This document shows positions 1 to 10,197 of a stretch of 64,000 nt of DNA, in pieces. Numbering within the stretch: position 1 is the first letter of the stretch; each line of letters opens with the position of its first letter. The stretch spans positions 43,150-107,149 of the forward strand of contig JANNXQ010000170.1 in assembly GCA_031409655.1 (NCBI GenBank). The letters run 5' to 3'. The DNA comes from Chthoniobacteraceae bacterium (GTDB lineage Bacteria > Verrucomicrobiota > Verrucomicrobiia > Chthoniobacterales > Chthoniobacteraceae). A program made the position numbers and the translations under genes. Below the pieces are notes generated by a model. That model was not told the DNA's origin. It was given only the letters and a program-made list of their open reading frames with translations, and did not search any database.

Positions 1-1114
1 CGAGGATGAGTGTGAGGAGGAGGAAAAACATCGGCAGGACCGGCACGACGTAACGCGATCCCCAGCCGACGACGCCGTGCCAGTTCACGGAACACGAGAC
101 CGGCGTCAGATAGACGATCGAAGTCACTCCCCAAATCAGGCACAACTGCCCGTGACGGGCTGGCAGGCGCTTCCAGATGAAAGGGAGAAGGGCGAGCAGG
201 AGAAACTGCGGGGAGTAAAAGAGGAGGCCCCAATTTGGTGAAAGCAGCATGCCGTAGAGGCCATCCGCGGGGCTTCCGGTGAGGGCGTTCATGCCTTGCA
301 GATACTTGGCGTGGACGGTGCCCGGACGGAAAGGGCTGCCCATGCGCGCGTAGTTGTAGAGAAAGGTGGGTGCCATGAGCACCGCAAAGACCACCGAGGC
401 GATGGCGAAGCCCTTCAGGGAAACATCCTTTCGGCGGAGAAAAAGGATGATCACGAGGGCAGGTCCGAGGAAAGGCAGGAGCGAGTAGCGGAAGGAGCCC
501 GCCACCGCGAGGGCCGCAAAAGCGAAGACCAAGTCGCGCGCGCGAACCCGCTCTGACAAAAAGATCCGGGTCGAAGCGTAGAGTAACATGCAGGCGCCGG
601 CGGCGCCGCCGAGCACGTCGAAAGCACAGCGCGAGAAGGCCCAGAAAGGAGTGGTGGTCACGAAGGCGAGGCTGAGCAGAAAGGCTGTGCGCGAATTGTG
701 GAAGAGGCCAAAGGTGAGGAAGAGAAAGTAAGCTCCGACTGCGGCGACGATGGCGTAAGTGAGCGAGGCCCCCGCTTTCACGATGAAGGGGGGACGCTGC
801 AGCCATTCTTCGACGGAGGTCTTGCGGATCATCGATCCGGCGAAGGTCGAAGGGAGCATCAGGAGCACGGCGCCGATGTCGTGGGATTCAAAGTAACGTC
901 CGTCCGGTATTTGGACCCAGTTATAACCATCGCCGGGAGGCGCGGCTGCGCTCGCCAGGGAGTGAGTGCCAGCGAGGAGCATGGAGGCCCGGAGCTGATC
1001 GTTCGGGTCGCCGCCGGAGAGCCGTCCACTGGAGAAGAGCAGGAAAAAGCAGGCGTAAAAGAGCGCGACCATCGAGCGCTCAAACCGGGTGCGATTTGCG
1101 CCGGCGGGTTTCAT
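1..1114 (-). CDS. Multi-pass membrane protein, putative GT-C fold (polyprenyl-phosphate-sugar dependent) glycosyltransferase; 3' end runs off the window
   Basis: Not in the ORF track because it has no stop in the window. Manual translation from ATG 1114 (ATGA overlap with the upstream stop) gives MKPAGANRTRFERSMVALFYACFFLLFSSGRLSGGDPNDQ..., many hydrophobic segments and a late WHGVVGWGSRYVVPVLP segment typical of GT-C-like proteins. Confidence 0.65.
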   Translation of the reverse strand, partial: MKPAGANRTRFERSMVALFYACFFLLFSSGRLSGGDPNDQLRASMLLAGTHSLASAAAPPGDGYNWVQIPDGRYFESHDIGAVLLMLPSTFAGSMIRKTSVEEWLQRPPFIVKAGASLTYAIVAAVGAYFLFLTFGLFHNSRTAFLLSLAFVTTTPFWAFSRCAFDVLGGAAGACMLLYASTRIFLSERVRARDLVFAFAALAVAGSFRYSLLPFLGPALVIILFLRRKDVSLKGFAIASVVFAVLMAPTFLYNYARMGSPFRPGTVHAKYLQGMNALTGSPADGLYGMLLSPNWGLLFYSPQFLLLALLPFIWKRLPARHGQLCLIWGVTSIVYLTPVSCSVNWHGVVGWGSRYVVPVLPMFFLLLTLIL

Positions 1115-1770
1115 TTCTTCAGGACGAGGGTGAAGTGCGGATACCACCACATGCGCCGATGAGATTCGCTGACCACGCGGAAGCCGGTGGCGTGGGCCAT
1201 TTCACGGAGCCGAGGCGCGGGGAGTTCGCAGCCAATCTCGCCAGCGAGGAGGAGGTCGTGGAGCTTGTTGCAAAGCGCCAGGGGGCTGGCGCCGTCGATG
1301 TCTTTCAAGATGAGTTGCGCGCCGACTTTCATGCTGGCGTGGAGGGCAGAGAGGAACGGGGCTTGAACGAGGGGTGGGATGTGATGGAGCACGTCCACGA
1401 GGAAGATTTTGTCGGCGGTCTGGAGGGTCTCCGGGAAGGTCGAGCCATCATAGGTCGCGAACTCATGCGGCACTTTCAGATCGGCATTTTTGAAAAGCTG
1501 ATGGGCGTTCTTGACCAACTGCTCACTGATCTCGATGCCGCCGATCCAGGACGGGCGCGTGTAGCGGGCGAGCAGGAGACAAAATTGACCCGAGCCGGAG
1601 CCGACATCGAAGACCCGGTCGCCTGCCTTGACCAAACCCAAGAGATCGCCGAACGGACAGATGTAAGGTCGATAAGTGATCTTTGCGCGACCGAGGAATC
1701 CGGCTTCGCTCGGGACGCTCTTGAGGAACTCAACGAGTCCGTTGGCAGTGAGGCTTTCCACGTTGAACAC
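1111..1770 (-). CDS. Class I SAM-dependent methyltransferase
   Basis: VFDVGSGSG motif I, IGGIEIS motif II, LVDVLHHIP post-II; closely spaced with both neighbours. Confidence 0.85.
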   Translation of the reverse strand: MFNVESLTANGLVEFLKSVPSEAGFLGRAKITYRPYICPFGDLLGLVKAGDRVFDVGSGSGQFCLLLARYTRPSWIGGIEISEQLVKNAHQLFKNADLKVPHEFATYDGSTFPETLQTADKIFLVDVLHHIPPLVQAPFLSALHASMKVGAQLILKDIDGASPLALCNKLHDLLLAGEIGCELPAPRLREMAHATGFRVVSESHRRMWWYPHFTLVLKK

Positions 1771-1773
1771 GCT

Positions 1774-3243
1774 TTAGATGGAGGCGGCGACGACGATCAA
1801 GGTGGCGACACCGACGATGAGGCTGACGCGATCGCTGGTGGCGAAGATCACGGGATCATCGAGTAAAGTGCGGCGCCGGGCGAGGAACCACATGCGCGTG
1901 ATCCAGTAGAGGAAGAGCGGACAAAGCGTCCAGAGGAACATGGGATGGCGGTAGATGCCGACGACCGCGGTGCTATTCAGGTAAAGGCAGAGCACCATGA
2001 CGGCGAGGTAGCCGCTGGTGGGGCCGACGGTTTCGATGAGGCCGATGTCTTCGGTGAGATAACCGCGGCCGGTGGCCTGGCGGTGATTGCGATCCGAGAC
2101 CATGAGTAACTCGGCGTAACGCTTGAGGTAAGCTAGGCTGAGGAAGAAGAAGAGTGCGAAGGCGAGGAGCCACGGTGAGATTTCGACATTCGTCGCAGCG
2201 CCGCCAGCGATGATGCGCAAGGTGTAAAGTCCCGCGAGAACGAACACATCCTGTAACAGGCGACGTTTGACAAAAAACGAGTAGGCAGAGGAGAGCAGGA
2301 AATACAGGCCGAGCAGGAGCGTGAAGCGGACGGGCAGCAAAAGGGCCGAGGCCGCGAAGGCCCCGCCGAGCAAGGCAATGGCCAGGACGATGCCGACAGG
2401 GATGGAGACATGGCCGGCGGCGAAAGGGCGGTGGCGTTTGCGGGGGTGTTGGCGATCGGCCTCGAGATCGAGGAGGTCATTGACGATATAGACGGACGAG
2501 GCGCAGGCGCTGAAGCAGGCGATGGCGAGGAGGGCCTGGAGGACCAGCGCGGCGTCGCCGAACTTGTGGGCGGCGAAGACGGGGACGAGGAGCAGGATGT
2601 TTTTCACCCACTGCTGCGGGCGGAGGGCTTTGAGCATCCCGCCCGCACCGCTGTTTTCCTTTTCAAAGACGCGGCGCGGTTGGCAGACGTGCTCGGCCTG
2701 GCGGATGAGCGCGGAATCCTGGGAGACGACGTAGGCATCTTCCGCTTTCGCCCAGACTGGCAGATCGACGCTCGAGTCGCCGACGTAGCCGAAGGGTTCG
2801 CCTGCGCAGGACTCGACGATGGCTTCGAGTTTCCGTTGGCCGGCGAGGTTGCGTTCTCCGTCGCTGGCCAGCGTTTCGTCGAAGATGCCGAGATGGTCGG
2901 CGACGCTCGCGGCGACGCGTTCGTCGGCAGCGGTCGCGAGGATGAGGCGCCGGCCGTCGCGCTTTTCGGAGCGGAGGAAGGCGAGCACTTCCTCCCGATA
3001 CGGGAGGGTCGCGGGATCAGGCAGGCAGCGCGCGGCGAGCTGGCGTTTGAGATTGGGCCGGCCACCGAGCAGCCAGACCGGGATGCGCCAGGCTTCGAGC
3101 GGATGTCTCGAGGTGAAGAGCATGGCGGTCTCCCAGAGGAGATCCGTGGCGACGAGAGTGCCGTCCATGTCCACGAAGAGCGGGCCTTTGGCGCGCGGCT
3201 CGGTCGGTAAAGGGGCCACGACGGCCTGGTCTTCGCGGTTCAT
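1774..3243 (-). CDS. HAD-phosphatase-like/UbiA-family fusion, putative polyprenyl-phosphate 5-phosphoribosyltransferase
   Basis: N-terminal HAD motifs (FVDMDGTL, YVGDSSVD); C-terminal UbiA motifs (RPQQWVKN, YIVNDLLDLEADRQHPRKRHRPFAAG, KRYAE, DDPV) as in the DPPR-synthase subfamily. Start taken at MNRED (ATGA overlap). Confidence 0.85.
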   Translation of the reverse strand: MNREDQAVVAPLPTEPRAKGPLFVDMDGTLVATDLLWETAMLFTSRHPLEAWRIPVWLLGGRPNLKRQLAARCLPDPATLPYREEVLAFLRSEKRDGRRLILATAADERVAASVADHLGIFDETLASDGERNLAGQRKLEAIVESCAGEPFGYVGDSSVDLPVWAKAEDAYVVSQDSALIRQAEHVCQPRRVFEKENSGAGGMLKALRPQQWVKNILLLVPVFAAHKFGDAALVLQALLAIACFSACASSVYIVNDLLDLEADRQHPRKRHRPFAAGHVSIPVGIVLAIALLGGAFAASALLLPVRFTLLLGLYFLLSSAYSFFVKRRLLQDVFVLAGLYTLRIIAGGAATNVEISPWLLAFALFFFLSLAYLKRYAELLMVSDRNHRQATGRGYLTEDIGLIETVGPTSGYLAVMVLCLYLNSTAVVGIYRHPMFLWTLCPLFLYWITRMWFLARRRTLLDDPVIFATSDRVSLIVGVATLIVVAASI

Positions 3244-4433
3244 TGGAGGACCGTTTGTTTCTCGCTGCGCGCGGCCTTTGGCTCGCTCGTGAGGCGGCTC
3301 ACGCGGGCCCACGTTTCGTCCCAGGTGAACTTTTCCGCACGCGCGCGGGCGAGCCGACCGTAGTCGGCACGGAGCCCGGGATCGGCGAGGAGGCGGGCGA
3401 GATGGGCGGTGAGGCCGTCCACGTCGTCGCGTTCAAAGAGCAGGCCGGAGTCGCCGACGACTTCGGCGGTGCCGCCGGTGCGTGAGGCGACGAGCGCGAG
3501 TCCGGTCGCCATGCCTTCGACGGTCGTGAGGCCGAAGGGTTCGTCCCAGCGCGAAGGCACCACGTGGATCTGCGCTTTGCGCAGTTCACCGGGCAGGTCC
3601 GGGCGGGCGATCACTCCGGGGCGGCGGACGGTGATGCCGAGGGCGGCGAGTTGCGCGGAGAGATCGTCGAGCGCGCGTTGATAGTCGTCCGGTTCGGAGC
3701 CCCAGTAGAAGCGCGCACCGAGGATTTGCACGCTGAAGTCCTTGGTCGTCGCCGCGAGTTTGAGCGCAGCTTTTAGGATGAGATCGGGAGCTTTCGTTGC
3801 GTCGGTGCGGCCGACGAAATTGATCACGGGCGGACCCGGCGGCGGCTGTGCGGCGGGGGCGAAGCTCTCGATGTCCACGCCGTTGTAAATTGTCTCCACG
3901 CTTCCCGAGCGCATGCCGAAGTAGCCTTCCTGCCAGCGGCTCGTGAAGTCGCTCACACCAGCCGCGACGGACACGGCTTGCGGATAATCCTGGCGGCATT
4001 TTTCGCCGCAGGTGTTGGTGTTGTGGAAGAGGTGGACGATCCGGGCTTGCGGGAAACAGCGGCGCAGATGTACGGCCATTTCGGGATCATTGTGCAGGAC
4101 GAAGGGCATCTCGGTGAGGCCGTTCTTGCGGATGGCGCTGATGACTCGCCGGGCGTAGGCGCCCTGGCGGACGTGACCCCAGTGGCCGAGTTTCCGCTGG
4201 ATTTCAAAAAGCCGCCCGAGGCCAGTGCCGCGGATCTGCGGGATCCACGGATAATCGAGCAGGATGGTGCGCTGCCACGGATGCGGTTCGGCATTCGTCG
4301 TCCGGGAAATGACCCACGGCTCGACGCCCTGCCTTTGGGCTGCCCGACAGACCTCCCAATTCCAAGTGCTGATCGCCCCGCTGCGCGTCGGCGTGAAAGT
4401 CTCGCCGGTGCAATTGATGAAGACGACGCTCAT
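3240..4433 (-). CDS. Glycosyltransferase family 4 (GT-B)
   Basis: IYNGVD and VVPSRWDEPFGLTTVEGMATG (EX7E) motifs. Confidence 0.9.
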   Translation of the reverse strand: MSVVFINCTGETFTPTRSGAISTWNWEVCRAAQRQGVEPWVISRTTNAEPHPWQRTILLDYPWIPQIRGTGLGRLFEIQRKLGHWGHVRQGAYARRVISAIRKNGLTEMPFVLHNDPEMAVHLRRCFPQARIVHLFHNTNTCGEKCRQDYPQAVSVAAGVSDFTSRWQEGYFGMRSGSVETIYNGVDIESFAPAAQPPPGPPVINFVGRTDATKAPDLILKAALKLAATTKDFSVQILGARFYWGSEPDDYQRALDDLSAQLAALGITVRRPGVIARPDLPGELRKAQIHVVPSRWDEPFGLTTVEGMATGLALVASRTGGTAEVVGDSGLLFERDDVDGLTAHLARLLADPGLRADYGRLARARAEKFTWDETWARVSRLTSEPKAARSEKQTVLQ

Positions 4434-5611
4434 GCGGCGGGTTGGAGTTCCCGGTGCGGGATCGGCAGGGCGGCGGCGGCGTGAAATCCGCGCCAGGTTT
4501 CGTCCCAGGTGAATTGCTCGGCGCGGGCGCGGGCTTTCCGGGAATAGTCAGCGCGCAGGGTGGCGTCGGAGATCAGTCGCGCGAGAATTTCCGCGAGGCC
4601 TTCCACGGAGTCGCGTTCGAAAAGCAGGCCAGCAGTGCCGACCACTTCCGGGGCGCCGCCGGTTCGCGAAACGACGGTGGCGAGTCCGCAAGCCATGCCT
4701 TCGAGGATCGTCAGGGCGAAGGGCTCATCCCAGCGCGAAGGGACGACGTGGAGGTGCGCTTTGCGCAGCTCGGACGGAAGTGCGGTGCGCGAGATGTGGC
4801 CGGGGCAGCGCACCGGGATGCCGGCGTTCTGGAGTTGGTCCACGAGGGCCTGGAGCTGCTGCTGGTAGGCATCGAGCTCGAATTTGTGCCAGTGATTCGA
4901 GCCGAGGATTTGGACTCCGAATTTCAGTCCCTTCTGGGCAAGGAGCACGGCGGCCTTGAGGAGAAGATCCGGTGCTTTTTCGATGCCGGTGCGGCCGAGG
5001 AAGTTGATCACCGGCACGCCATCGGTCGCGCTTTCAGCGGGTGCGAAATGCGCGCTGTCCACGCCGTTAAAGATGGTGCGCACGCTCTCCGGCGGGAGGC
5101 CGTAGCACTGCTCGATCCAGCGCCCGGTGAAGTCGCTCACGGCAGTGACGACATTCGCTGCTGCGGGAAAGCTGCGGCGGAAGTTTGGCGCGGAGTCGAT
5201 CTGATTATGGAAGTGATGGACGATGAAGGCGCGCGGAAATTTTCGGCGCAGGAGCACCGCCATCTCGGGGTCGTTGTGGAGGATGAAGGGTTGCGTTTCG
5301 AGACCGCCATCATGGATGGCGGCGGCGACTTTTTCCGCATATGCCTGCTGCCCGAGATGCCGCCAGCCGGTGAGCTTGCGCTGGAGGCGGAGGAGCTTGA
5401 AGGCGGCGCCTTTCTCCGGGACTTTCGGGTAGTCGAGCAGGATGAGTTTCACTCCGGGAAATGGCGCGGCTGCGCAGCGGATCGAGATCACGGTGGGCTC
5501 GGCGCCGTGGCGCTGGGCGGCGTGGTAGGTTTCGCAGACGTGTGTGGCGATGGCCCCGCTCCGCGTCGGCGTGAAGGTTTCGAGCGACTGATTGATGAAG
5601 ACCACGCTCAT
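4430..5611 (-). CDS. Glycosyltransferase family 4 (GT-B), paralog of 3240-4433
   Basis: IFNGVD and VVPSRWDEPFALTILEGMACG motifs; start MSVVFIN at 5611 matches the paralog start and gives an ATGA overlap. Confidence 0.9.
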   Translation of the reverse strand: MSVVFINQSLETFTPTRSGAIATHVCETYHAAQRHGAEPTVISIRCAAAPFPGVKLILLDYPKVPEKGAAFKLLRLQRKLTGWRHLGQQAYAEKVAAAIHDGGLETQPFILHNDPEMAVLLRRKFPRAFIVHHFHNQIDSAPNFRRSFPAAANVVTAVSDFTGRWIEQCYGLPPESVRTIFNGVDSAHFAPAESATDGVPVINFLGRTGIEKAPDLLLKAAVLLAQKGLKFGVQILGSNHWHKFELDAYQQQLQALVDQLQNAGIPVRCPGHISRTALPSELRKAHLHVVPSRWDEPFALTILEGMACGLATVVSRTGGAPEVVGTAGLLFERDSVEGLAEILARLISDATLRADYSRKARARAEQFTWDETWRGFHAAAALPIPHRELQPAA

Positions 5612-6606
5612 GGGGTGGGCTCCGCGGTTTTCACCGTGGCGGATCGGTAGGGGCCGTAACGTCCGGAGAGATGATCGAAGACGGCGTGAAAAACTGAACG
5701 GAAACATTCAAGCCGGATGCCGGGCTCGGAGCGGGCGCGCAGGGAGCGCCAGAGATAAGTGGCGATGAGCTGCGGGCCAGAGCGGAAGTAAGCGAGACCG
5801 CTATGCTTGCGCAGCAGGAGCAGGGTATTGCGGACGGTGTAGTAGAAGTGGATGCCCGACATCCGCAGGCCAGAGCGGCCACCTTTGTGGTAGATGCGTG
5901 CGGCGGGGACGGCCATGACGCGGAGTCCGGATTTGCGCACGCGCACGCAGAGGTCCACGTCTTCGGAGCTCAAGTAGTAGCGGTCGTCGAAGCCCCCGAG
6001 TTCCTGCATGAGCTTGGTGCCGATGAGCATCGCGCAACCGGTCGCCCAAGGGAGTTCGTAGGGGATTTCGGTCGGCTCGGGCACATGGGAATTGTCGTGC
6101 CAGGCGGCACCGCGCTTGATGTCCATCTTCGAACCGGCGAACCAGATCGGCCGCGGCGGGTAGTATTCGAAAATGATCGGCGCGAGCAGTCCGGCGGTGG
6201 GCTGCGACTCGGCGGCGGCGACCAGGGCTTCGAGGGCGTCGGGTTCCACGGTGGTGTCGTTGTTCAGCAGGTAAACGTAGTCCGCACCGAGCTTGATGGC
6301 GTGCTGGATGCCGACGTTGTTCCCGCCGGTGAAGCCAAGATTCTTTCCGGTCTTGAGGACGATCGTGTTGGGAAAGGCGCGCGCGATTTCGTCGCTCGAG
6401 CCATCGGTGGAGCCATTGTCCACGACGATGATTTTGCGGTTTGGGTAACTGTCGTGGCTCAGCGAATCGAGGCACTCGAGGGTGTCTGCTTTGCCGTTCC
6501 AGACGACGATGACGATCGCGACCGAGGGGGGCACGGGTTTCGTATCCGGCCCGACCGCGGAGTAACTCGTGGGCGAAGCGATCGACTTAGCGGTGATCTT
6601 GCTCAT
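5608..6606 (-). CDS. Glycosyltransferase family 2 (WbbL/rhamnosyltransferase-like)
   Basis: VVDNGSTDGS, NLGFTGGNNVG, LLNNDT, GGFDDRYYLSSEDVDLC motifs. Confidence 0.88.
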   Translation of the reverse strand: MSKITAKSIASPTSYSAVGPDTKPVPPSVAIVIVVWNGKADTLECLDSLSHDSYPNRKIIVVDNGSTDGSSDEIARAFPNTIVLKTGKNLGFTGGNNVGIQHAIKLGADYVYLLNNDTTVEPDALEALVAAAESQPTAGLLAPIIFEYYPPRPIWFAGSKMDIKRGAAWHDNSHVPEPTEIPYELPWATGCAMLIGTKLMQELGGFDDRYYLSSEDVDLCVRVRKSGLRVMAVPAARIYHKGGRSGLRMSGIHFYYTVRNTLLLLRKHSGLAYFRSGPQLIATYLWRSLRARSEPGIRLECFRSVFHAVFDHLSGRYGPYRSATVKTAEPTP

Positions 6607-6655
6607 TACTCAAACACCGCGGCCGTGGAGGCGCGGGCGGGGAAAGGCGGCGCGT

Positions 6656-7453
6656 CTAAAAGAACGCCAGGAAGCTCGAGAGCATCCGGCCTAGCCGACG
6701 CTTAATTTTCCCGAACGTCGTGATCGCCCGGTTACTTTCGAGGCTTTTGGCCACGAGGAGCAGGCCTTCCGTTGATTTGCGGCTCTCGCTCACCACGATG
6801 GAGTCCAGGTTGGCAAATTTCCCGACGTTCGGGATGCGGTTCAAGGTCGCGCGGATGTCTTTCAAAAGGCTGCCGTTGGTCGCATTCATCGGCAGTTCTG
6901 TGGCGATAAAGCCGAGGTTGAGCGCGTGCTTTTCGCCGGGGTAGGCGTAGTTGAAAATGATCGATTGGAAGCCACACTCGGCGAGCAGTTCGCGCAGGTA
7001 ACTGGCGTCGAAGAGGGATTTGTGAAGTTGCGGAATCCATCCCTTGGGCGCTTTGCCGTTCGTGGCCCGCCAGACCGGCCACACTGGCTGGGTCGCATGC
7101 TCGGGTTCGCCATGCGTGTAGCGGTACACGTTGTGGAGATCGAAGCGTTCGCCCATGACGCCGGAAGCCCCATTCAAGTAAAGACGCGCGATCGCCTCGA
7201 AGTCCGGGATGGCGAGCATGATCAGCAATCCATCGCGGGCGATCACCCGTTTCCACTCGCGCAGGGCGGCGAGTTGGTGGCCGAGGAAGAAGTGTTCGAA
7301 AACAGCGTGGCCGAAGAGGATCTCCACCTCGCCGGTCTTGATCGTGTCCAGCTCGCAGGCATCGGCGACGATATCGACTCCCGGGACATCGCGGATGTCC
7401 ACATTCTTGAAGCCCTCGATCAGCACACCGCCTGCGCCTACTTGGATGTTCAT
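6656..7453 (-). CDS. Methyltransferase-domain protein (glycan-cluster type)
   Basis: [38 protein letters not shown] and HKSLFD motifs. Confidence 0.75.
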   Translation of the reverse strand: MNIQVGAGGVLIEGFKNVDIRDVPGVDIVADACELDTIKTGEVEILFGHAVFEHFFLGHQLAALREWKRVIARDGLLIMLAIPDFEAIARLYLNGASGVMGERFDLHNVYRYTHGEPEHATQPVWPVWRATNGKAPKGWIPQLHKSLFDASYLRELLAECGFQSIIFNYAYPGEKHALNLGFIATELPMNATNGSLLKDIRATLNRIPNVGKFANLDSIVVSESRKSTEGLLLVAKSLESNRAITTFGKIKRRLGRMLSSFLAFF

Positions 7454-8073
7454 TGGAATTTCTTCGCGTAACCTAGTTTGTAGCGGAGGTCGTGCGAACG
7501 CTCGCGGATCACTTTCGCCGGGACTCCTCCGACGAGCATGTAGGGAGCCACGTCCTTTGTCACTACCGCACCTGAGGCCACTACGGCACCCGTGCCGATG
7601 CGCACTCCGGGCATAATCGTCACGCGCGTACCGATATACGCATAATCCTCGATGGTCACGGGTCCGCCGGTTTCGGCAAAGAAGGGATCGTCGATGTCAT
7701 GTTCGCGGGTGTAAATGCGGACTTCGGCGGCGATATTGACGCAGGCGCCGATGGTGATGGTGTCGCGGGCATCGTAGAAGCCGTCGTTGCCGAGGGTGCA
7801 GTGTTCGCCGATCGAGAGGCCTTCGGGTTTGAAAAAGCGGGCGTGCCAGTGGAGGGAGCTGGTCGGCGCGAGGCGCAGGCCGGCGCGGCGGTAGAAGAAA
7901 TTGCGAATCCGGTGCGAGGGTACGTAGCCGAGCATGGTCAGCCAGTAGAGCCGGAGATCCTGGTAGATGTTGTTATAATACCACCGGCGCGCCTTGCGCA
8001 GCGGGGTGATCTTTTTCCCGAAGCGGACCCAGGCGGACTCGGGCGGCGGTTCGGACACGGCTTCAGGATTCAC
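7450..8073 (-). CDS. Hexapeptide-repeat (left-handed beta-helix) sugar acetyltransferase
   Basis: [49 protein letters not shown]. Start uncertain (GTG 8073 chosen; ORF open to 8121). Confidence 0.88.
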   Translation of the reverse strand: MNPEAVSEPPPESAWVRFGKKITPLRKARRWYYNNIYQDLRLYWLTMLGYVPSHRIRNFFYRRAGLRLAPTSSLHWHARFFKPEGLSIGEHCTLGNDGFYDARDTITIGACVNIAAEVRIYTREHDIDDPFFAETGGPVTIEDYAYIGTRVTIMPGVRIGTGAVVASGAVVTKDVAPYMLVGGVPAKVIRERSHDLRYKLGYAKKFQ

Positions 8074-8917
8074 GGAGAGCGAGGGTCGCGGGCCGCAAGG
8101 CAGGCCAGAGGCCGCGGGCAAAGGGATGGAAGTCGCGGAGCCAGCGCCAGACGAGCGGGGCGCTTTTCCAGGTCACATGATAGAAGCGCCACGAACGCCA
8201 GCCTTCATAGTGGCCCCAGGAGGCGATCTTCGAGCGGATCTCGGCGGGCGTGCGGACCCAGGAGAAATGCACGATGGCTTCGTCCTCGGCGCAGAATTCG
8301 AGGCGCTGTTCCCCGGGCTCGTTTGGCCGGCTGACTTGCAGGCTCTTTTTGTCGCCGCAGACGACGGCGCGGAGGAAAGGGCCGCCCGTCCGTCGCGCGC
8401 TGTCGAGCTTGGTGCCGGGCCGGATGGCGATCGGACCGGGATATTCGTAGTGGCCGCCGGTTTCGCGCTGGCAGACTTCGAGGAAGCGGCCATCGGGCAG
8501 GCGCTGAAAAAAGACGCGCATCGGCCACTCGACGGCGGGGATGCCTTCGCGGCCGGCGTGTTCGAGCAGTTCGATGAGGCGCGCGGGTTTCGGGAGAAGC
8601 TCGTCGGTGTCGAGTTGCAGGACCCAATCCGCGTCCTGGCCGGCCTCGGCGATGGCGCACTGGCGCTGGTGGGTCTCGCCTTTGAGCGGCTGATTGTCGT
8701 GCCGGACGTAATCGCCGGGGCAGAGGCGCATCTTTTTGTCGCGGTCGATCGCCGCGAGCCGGCGCAGACATTCCTCCACATTGATCGGCGCGCCGGTCCA
8801 GCCGCGGTGATTCTGGTCGTATGACACGATGATCTCTTCGACGGCATCGTAGTAGGAAAGGACGCCTTCTTCGATCCAGGCGGGGTCGGCGGCGAGGACG
8901 TAGGCTTTCAGTCTCAT
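8063..8917 (-). CDS. Putative GT-A fold glycosyltransferase-like protein
   Basis: Likely start [11 protein letters not shown] at 8917 (ATGA overlap); WVLQLDTDE DxD motif; [19 protein letters not shown] segment; glycan-cluster context. Confidence 0.65.
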   Translation of the reverse strand: MRLKAYVLAADPAWIEEGVLSYYDAVEEIIVSYDQNHRGWTGAPINVEECLRRLAAIDRDKKMRLCPGDYVRHDNQPLKGETHQRQCAIAEAGQDADWVLQLDTDELLPKPARLIELLEHAGREGIPAVEWPMRVFFQRLPDGRFLEVCQRETGGHYEYPGPIAIRPGTKLDSARRTGGPFLRAVVCGDKKSLQVSRPNEPGEQRLEFCAEDEAIVHFSWVRTPAEIRSKIASWGHYEGWRSWRFYHVTWKSAPLVWRWLRDFHPFARGLWPALRPATLALRES

Positions 8918-10074
8918 GGCAGGCTGGGCGCGGCGGCGGGAAGGTTGCGGACGCGGCGCGTGAGGAAGGGCTTCTCGCAGAGGTGATGGAAGCCGAGCGC
9001 CGCGAGCAGCGAGAGCGGGACACCGAGGCCGACCAGCACGAAAAGCGTCGGCAGCGACGGCCACTGGAGACTGCGCGTGACGACGTGGAGCGAGGCGAGC
9101 ACCGGTGCGTGGATGAGATACAGACTGTAAGAGATCGCGCCGAGCCACATGGTCGCTGGCGCTTCGAGGAAGCTGAGCACAGGACTGGCGGCCTTTTCCT
9201 CCCGCCGCGTGCAATGGGCTCCATAGATGAGCAGGGCCATCGTGGCGAAGCCAACGGTGAAATCCATGGCGATCCGATAAAGCACGAAGACCTCGTGGCG
9301 GAACTGCATCGCGAGCAGCAGCGGAATCCAGGCGACCGCGGCGATCGCGCCCCAAGGAATCCGCCGCGGCTCGTGCGTGGTGCCGATCACCGCACCCGCT
9401 GCGCCAATCGCGAAAAGGCCGAGGAAGTGGGGATAGGCGACGTCATATTTTCCGTGAAAGAGAAAGTGCGGCAGCAGACCGACGAGGCACGCGGCCGCCA
9501 CGGCAACAGCGATGCCGAGGCGCCGCCAGAGCGGGAGGATGAGCAGCGGGAGGAAGAAGTAGATCTGCCATTCCGTGGCCACGCTCCAGAGCGGGTAGTT
9601 GATCTTCGACGACCAATCCGGGCTGACATTGTGGAAGACAAAAAGATGCGAAAGCAGCACATCCGGCGTGAAAGCCGGGAGCGCGGAGTCCCAGTAAACG
9701 TCGGCCTTTTTCCCCAGCGCGGGAACCAGGGCGATGAGGGCGAGGGACAGGAGCACGACGGCGAAGTAAGGCGGCAGGATGCGCCGGGCGCGGCGCGCGA
9801 CGTAGCGGGCGATGCCGCCTTCGAGCTGACGCTGGGGATGGGTGGCGACCGGGAGCATCAGGCAAAAGCCGGAGAGGACGATGAAGATGTCCACGCCCAC
9901 GTTTCCGTGGAGGAGCCAGCGGAGGAGTTTTTCGAGCAAAGGCGGGAGGGTGTGCCGCCAGCCGAGAGTCGAGCAATCCGAGGTGCAGTAGGCGTGATAG
10001 AAGACGACATACAAGGCGGCGAGTCCGCGGACGCCATCGAGGAAGGGCAGGCGGAGTGCAGGGCGTGGAGTCAT
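8914..10074 (-). CDS. Membrane O-acyltransferase (Acyl_transf_3/OafA-like)
   Basis: LDGVRGLAALYVVFYH, VDIFIVLSGF, RRARRILPPY, WSVATEWQIY, GAISYSLYLIH, EKPF motifs. Confidence 0.92.
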   Translation of the reverse strand: MTPRPALRLPFLDGVRGLAALYVVFYHAYCTSDCSTLGWRHTLPPLLEKLLRWLLHGNVGVDIFIVLSGFCLMLPVATHPQRQLEGGIARYVARRARRILPPYFAVVLLSLALIALVPALGKKADVYWDSALPAFTPDVLLSHLFVFHNVSPDWSSKINYPLWSVATEWQIYFFLPLLILPLWRRLGIAVAVAAACLVGLLPHFLFHGKYDVAYPHFLGLFAIGAAGAVIGTTHEPRRIPWGAIAAVAWIPLLLAMQFRHEVFVLYRIAMDFTVGFATMALLIYGAHCTRREEKAASPVLSFLEAPATMWLGAISYSLYLIHAPVLASLHVVTRSLQWPSLPTLFVLVGLGVPLSLLAALGFHHLCEKPFLTRRVRNLPAAAPSLP

Positions 10075-10107
10075 CGCGGCCGCGCAGGCCAGGCGGGTGG
10101 ATTGGTA

Positions 10108-10181
10108 CTCACCCTCATCCTCATCATCTTCATCCTCCCGCCGCTGATGATGAAGATGAAGAGGATGAGGATGAGGATGAG
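10108..10181. repeat. Intergenic imperfect inverted repeat built from CTCATC/GATGAG hexamers
   Basis: ctcaccctcatcctcatcatcttcatcctc, short spacer, gatgatgaagatgaagaggatgaggatgaggatgag. Confidence 0.8.
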
Positions 10182-10197
10182 CGTGCGGGACGTAGGC

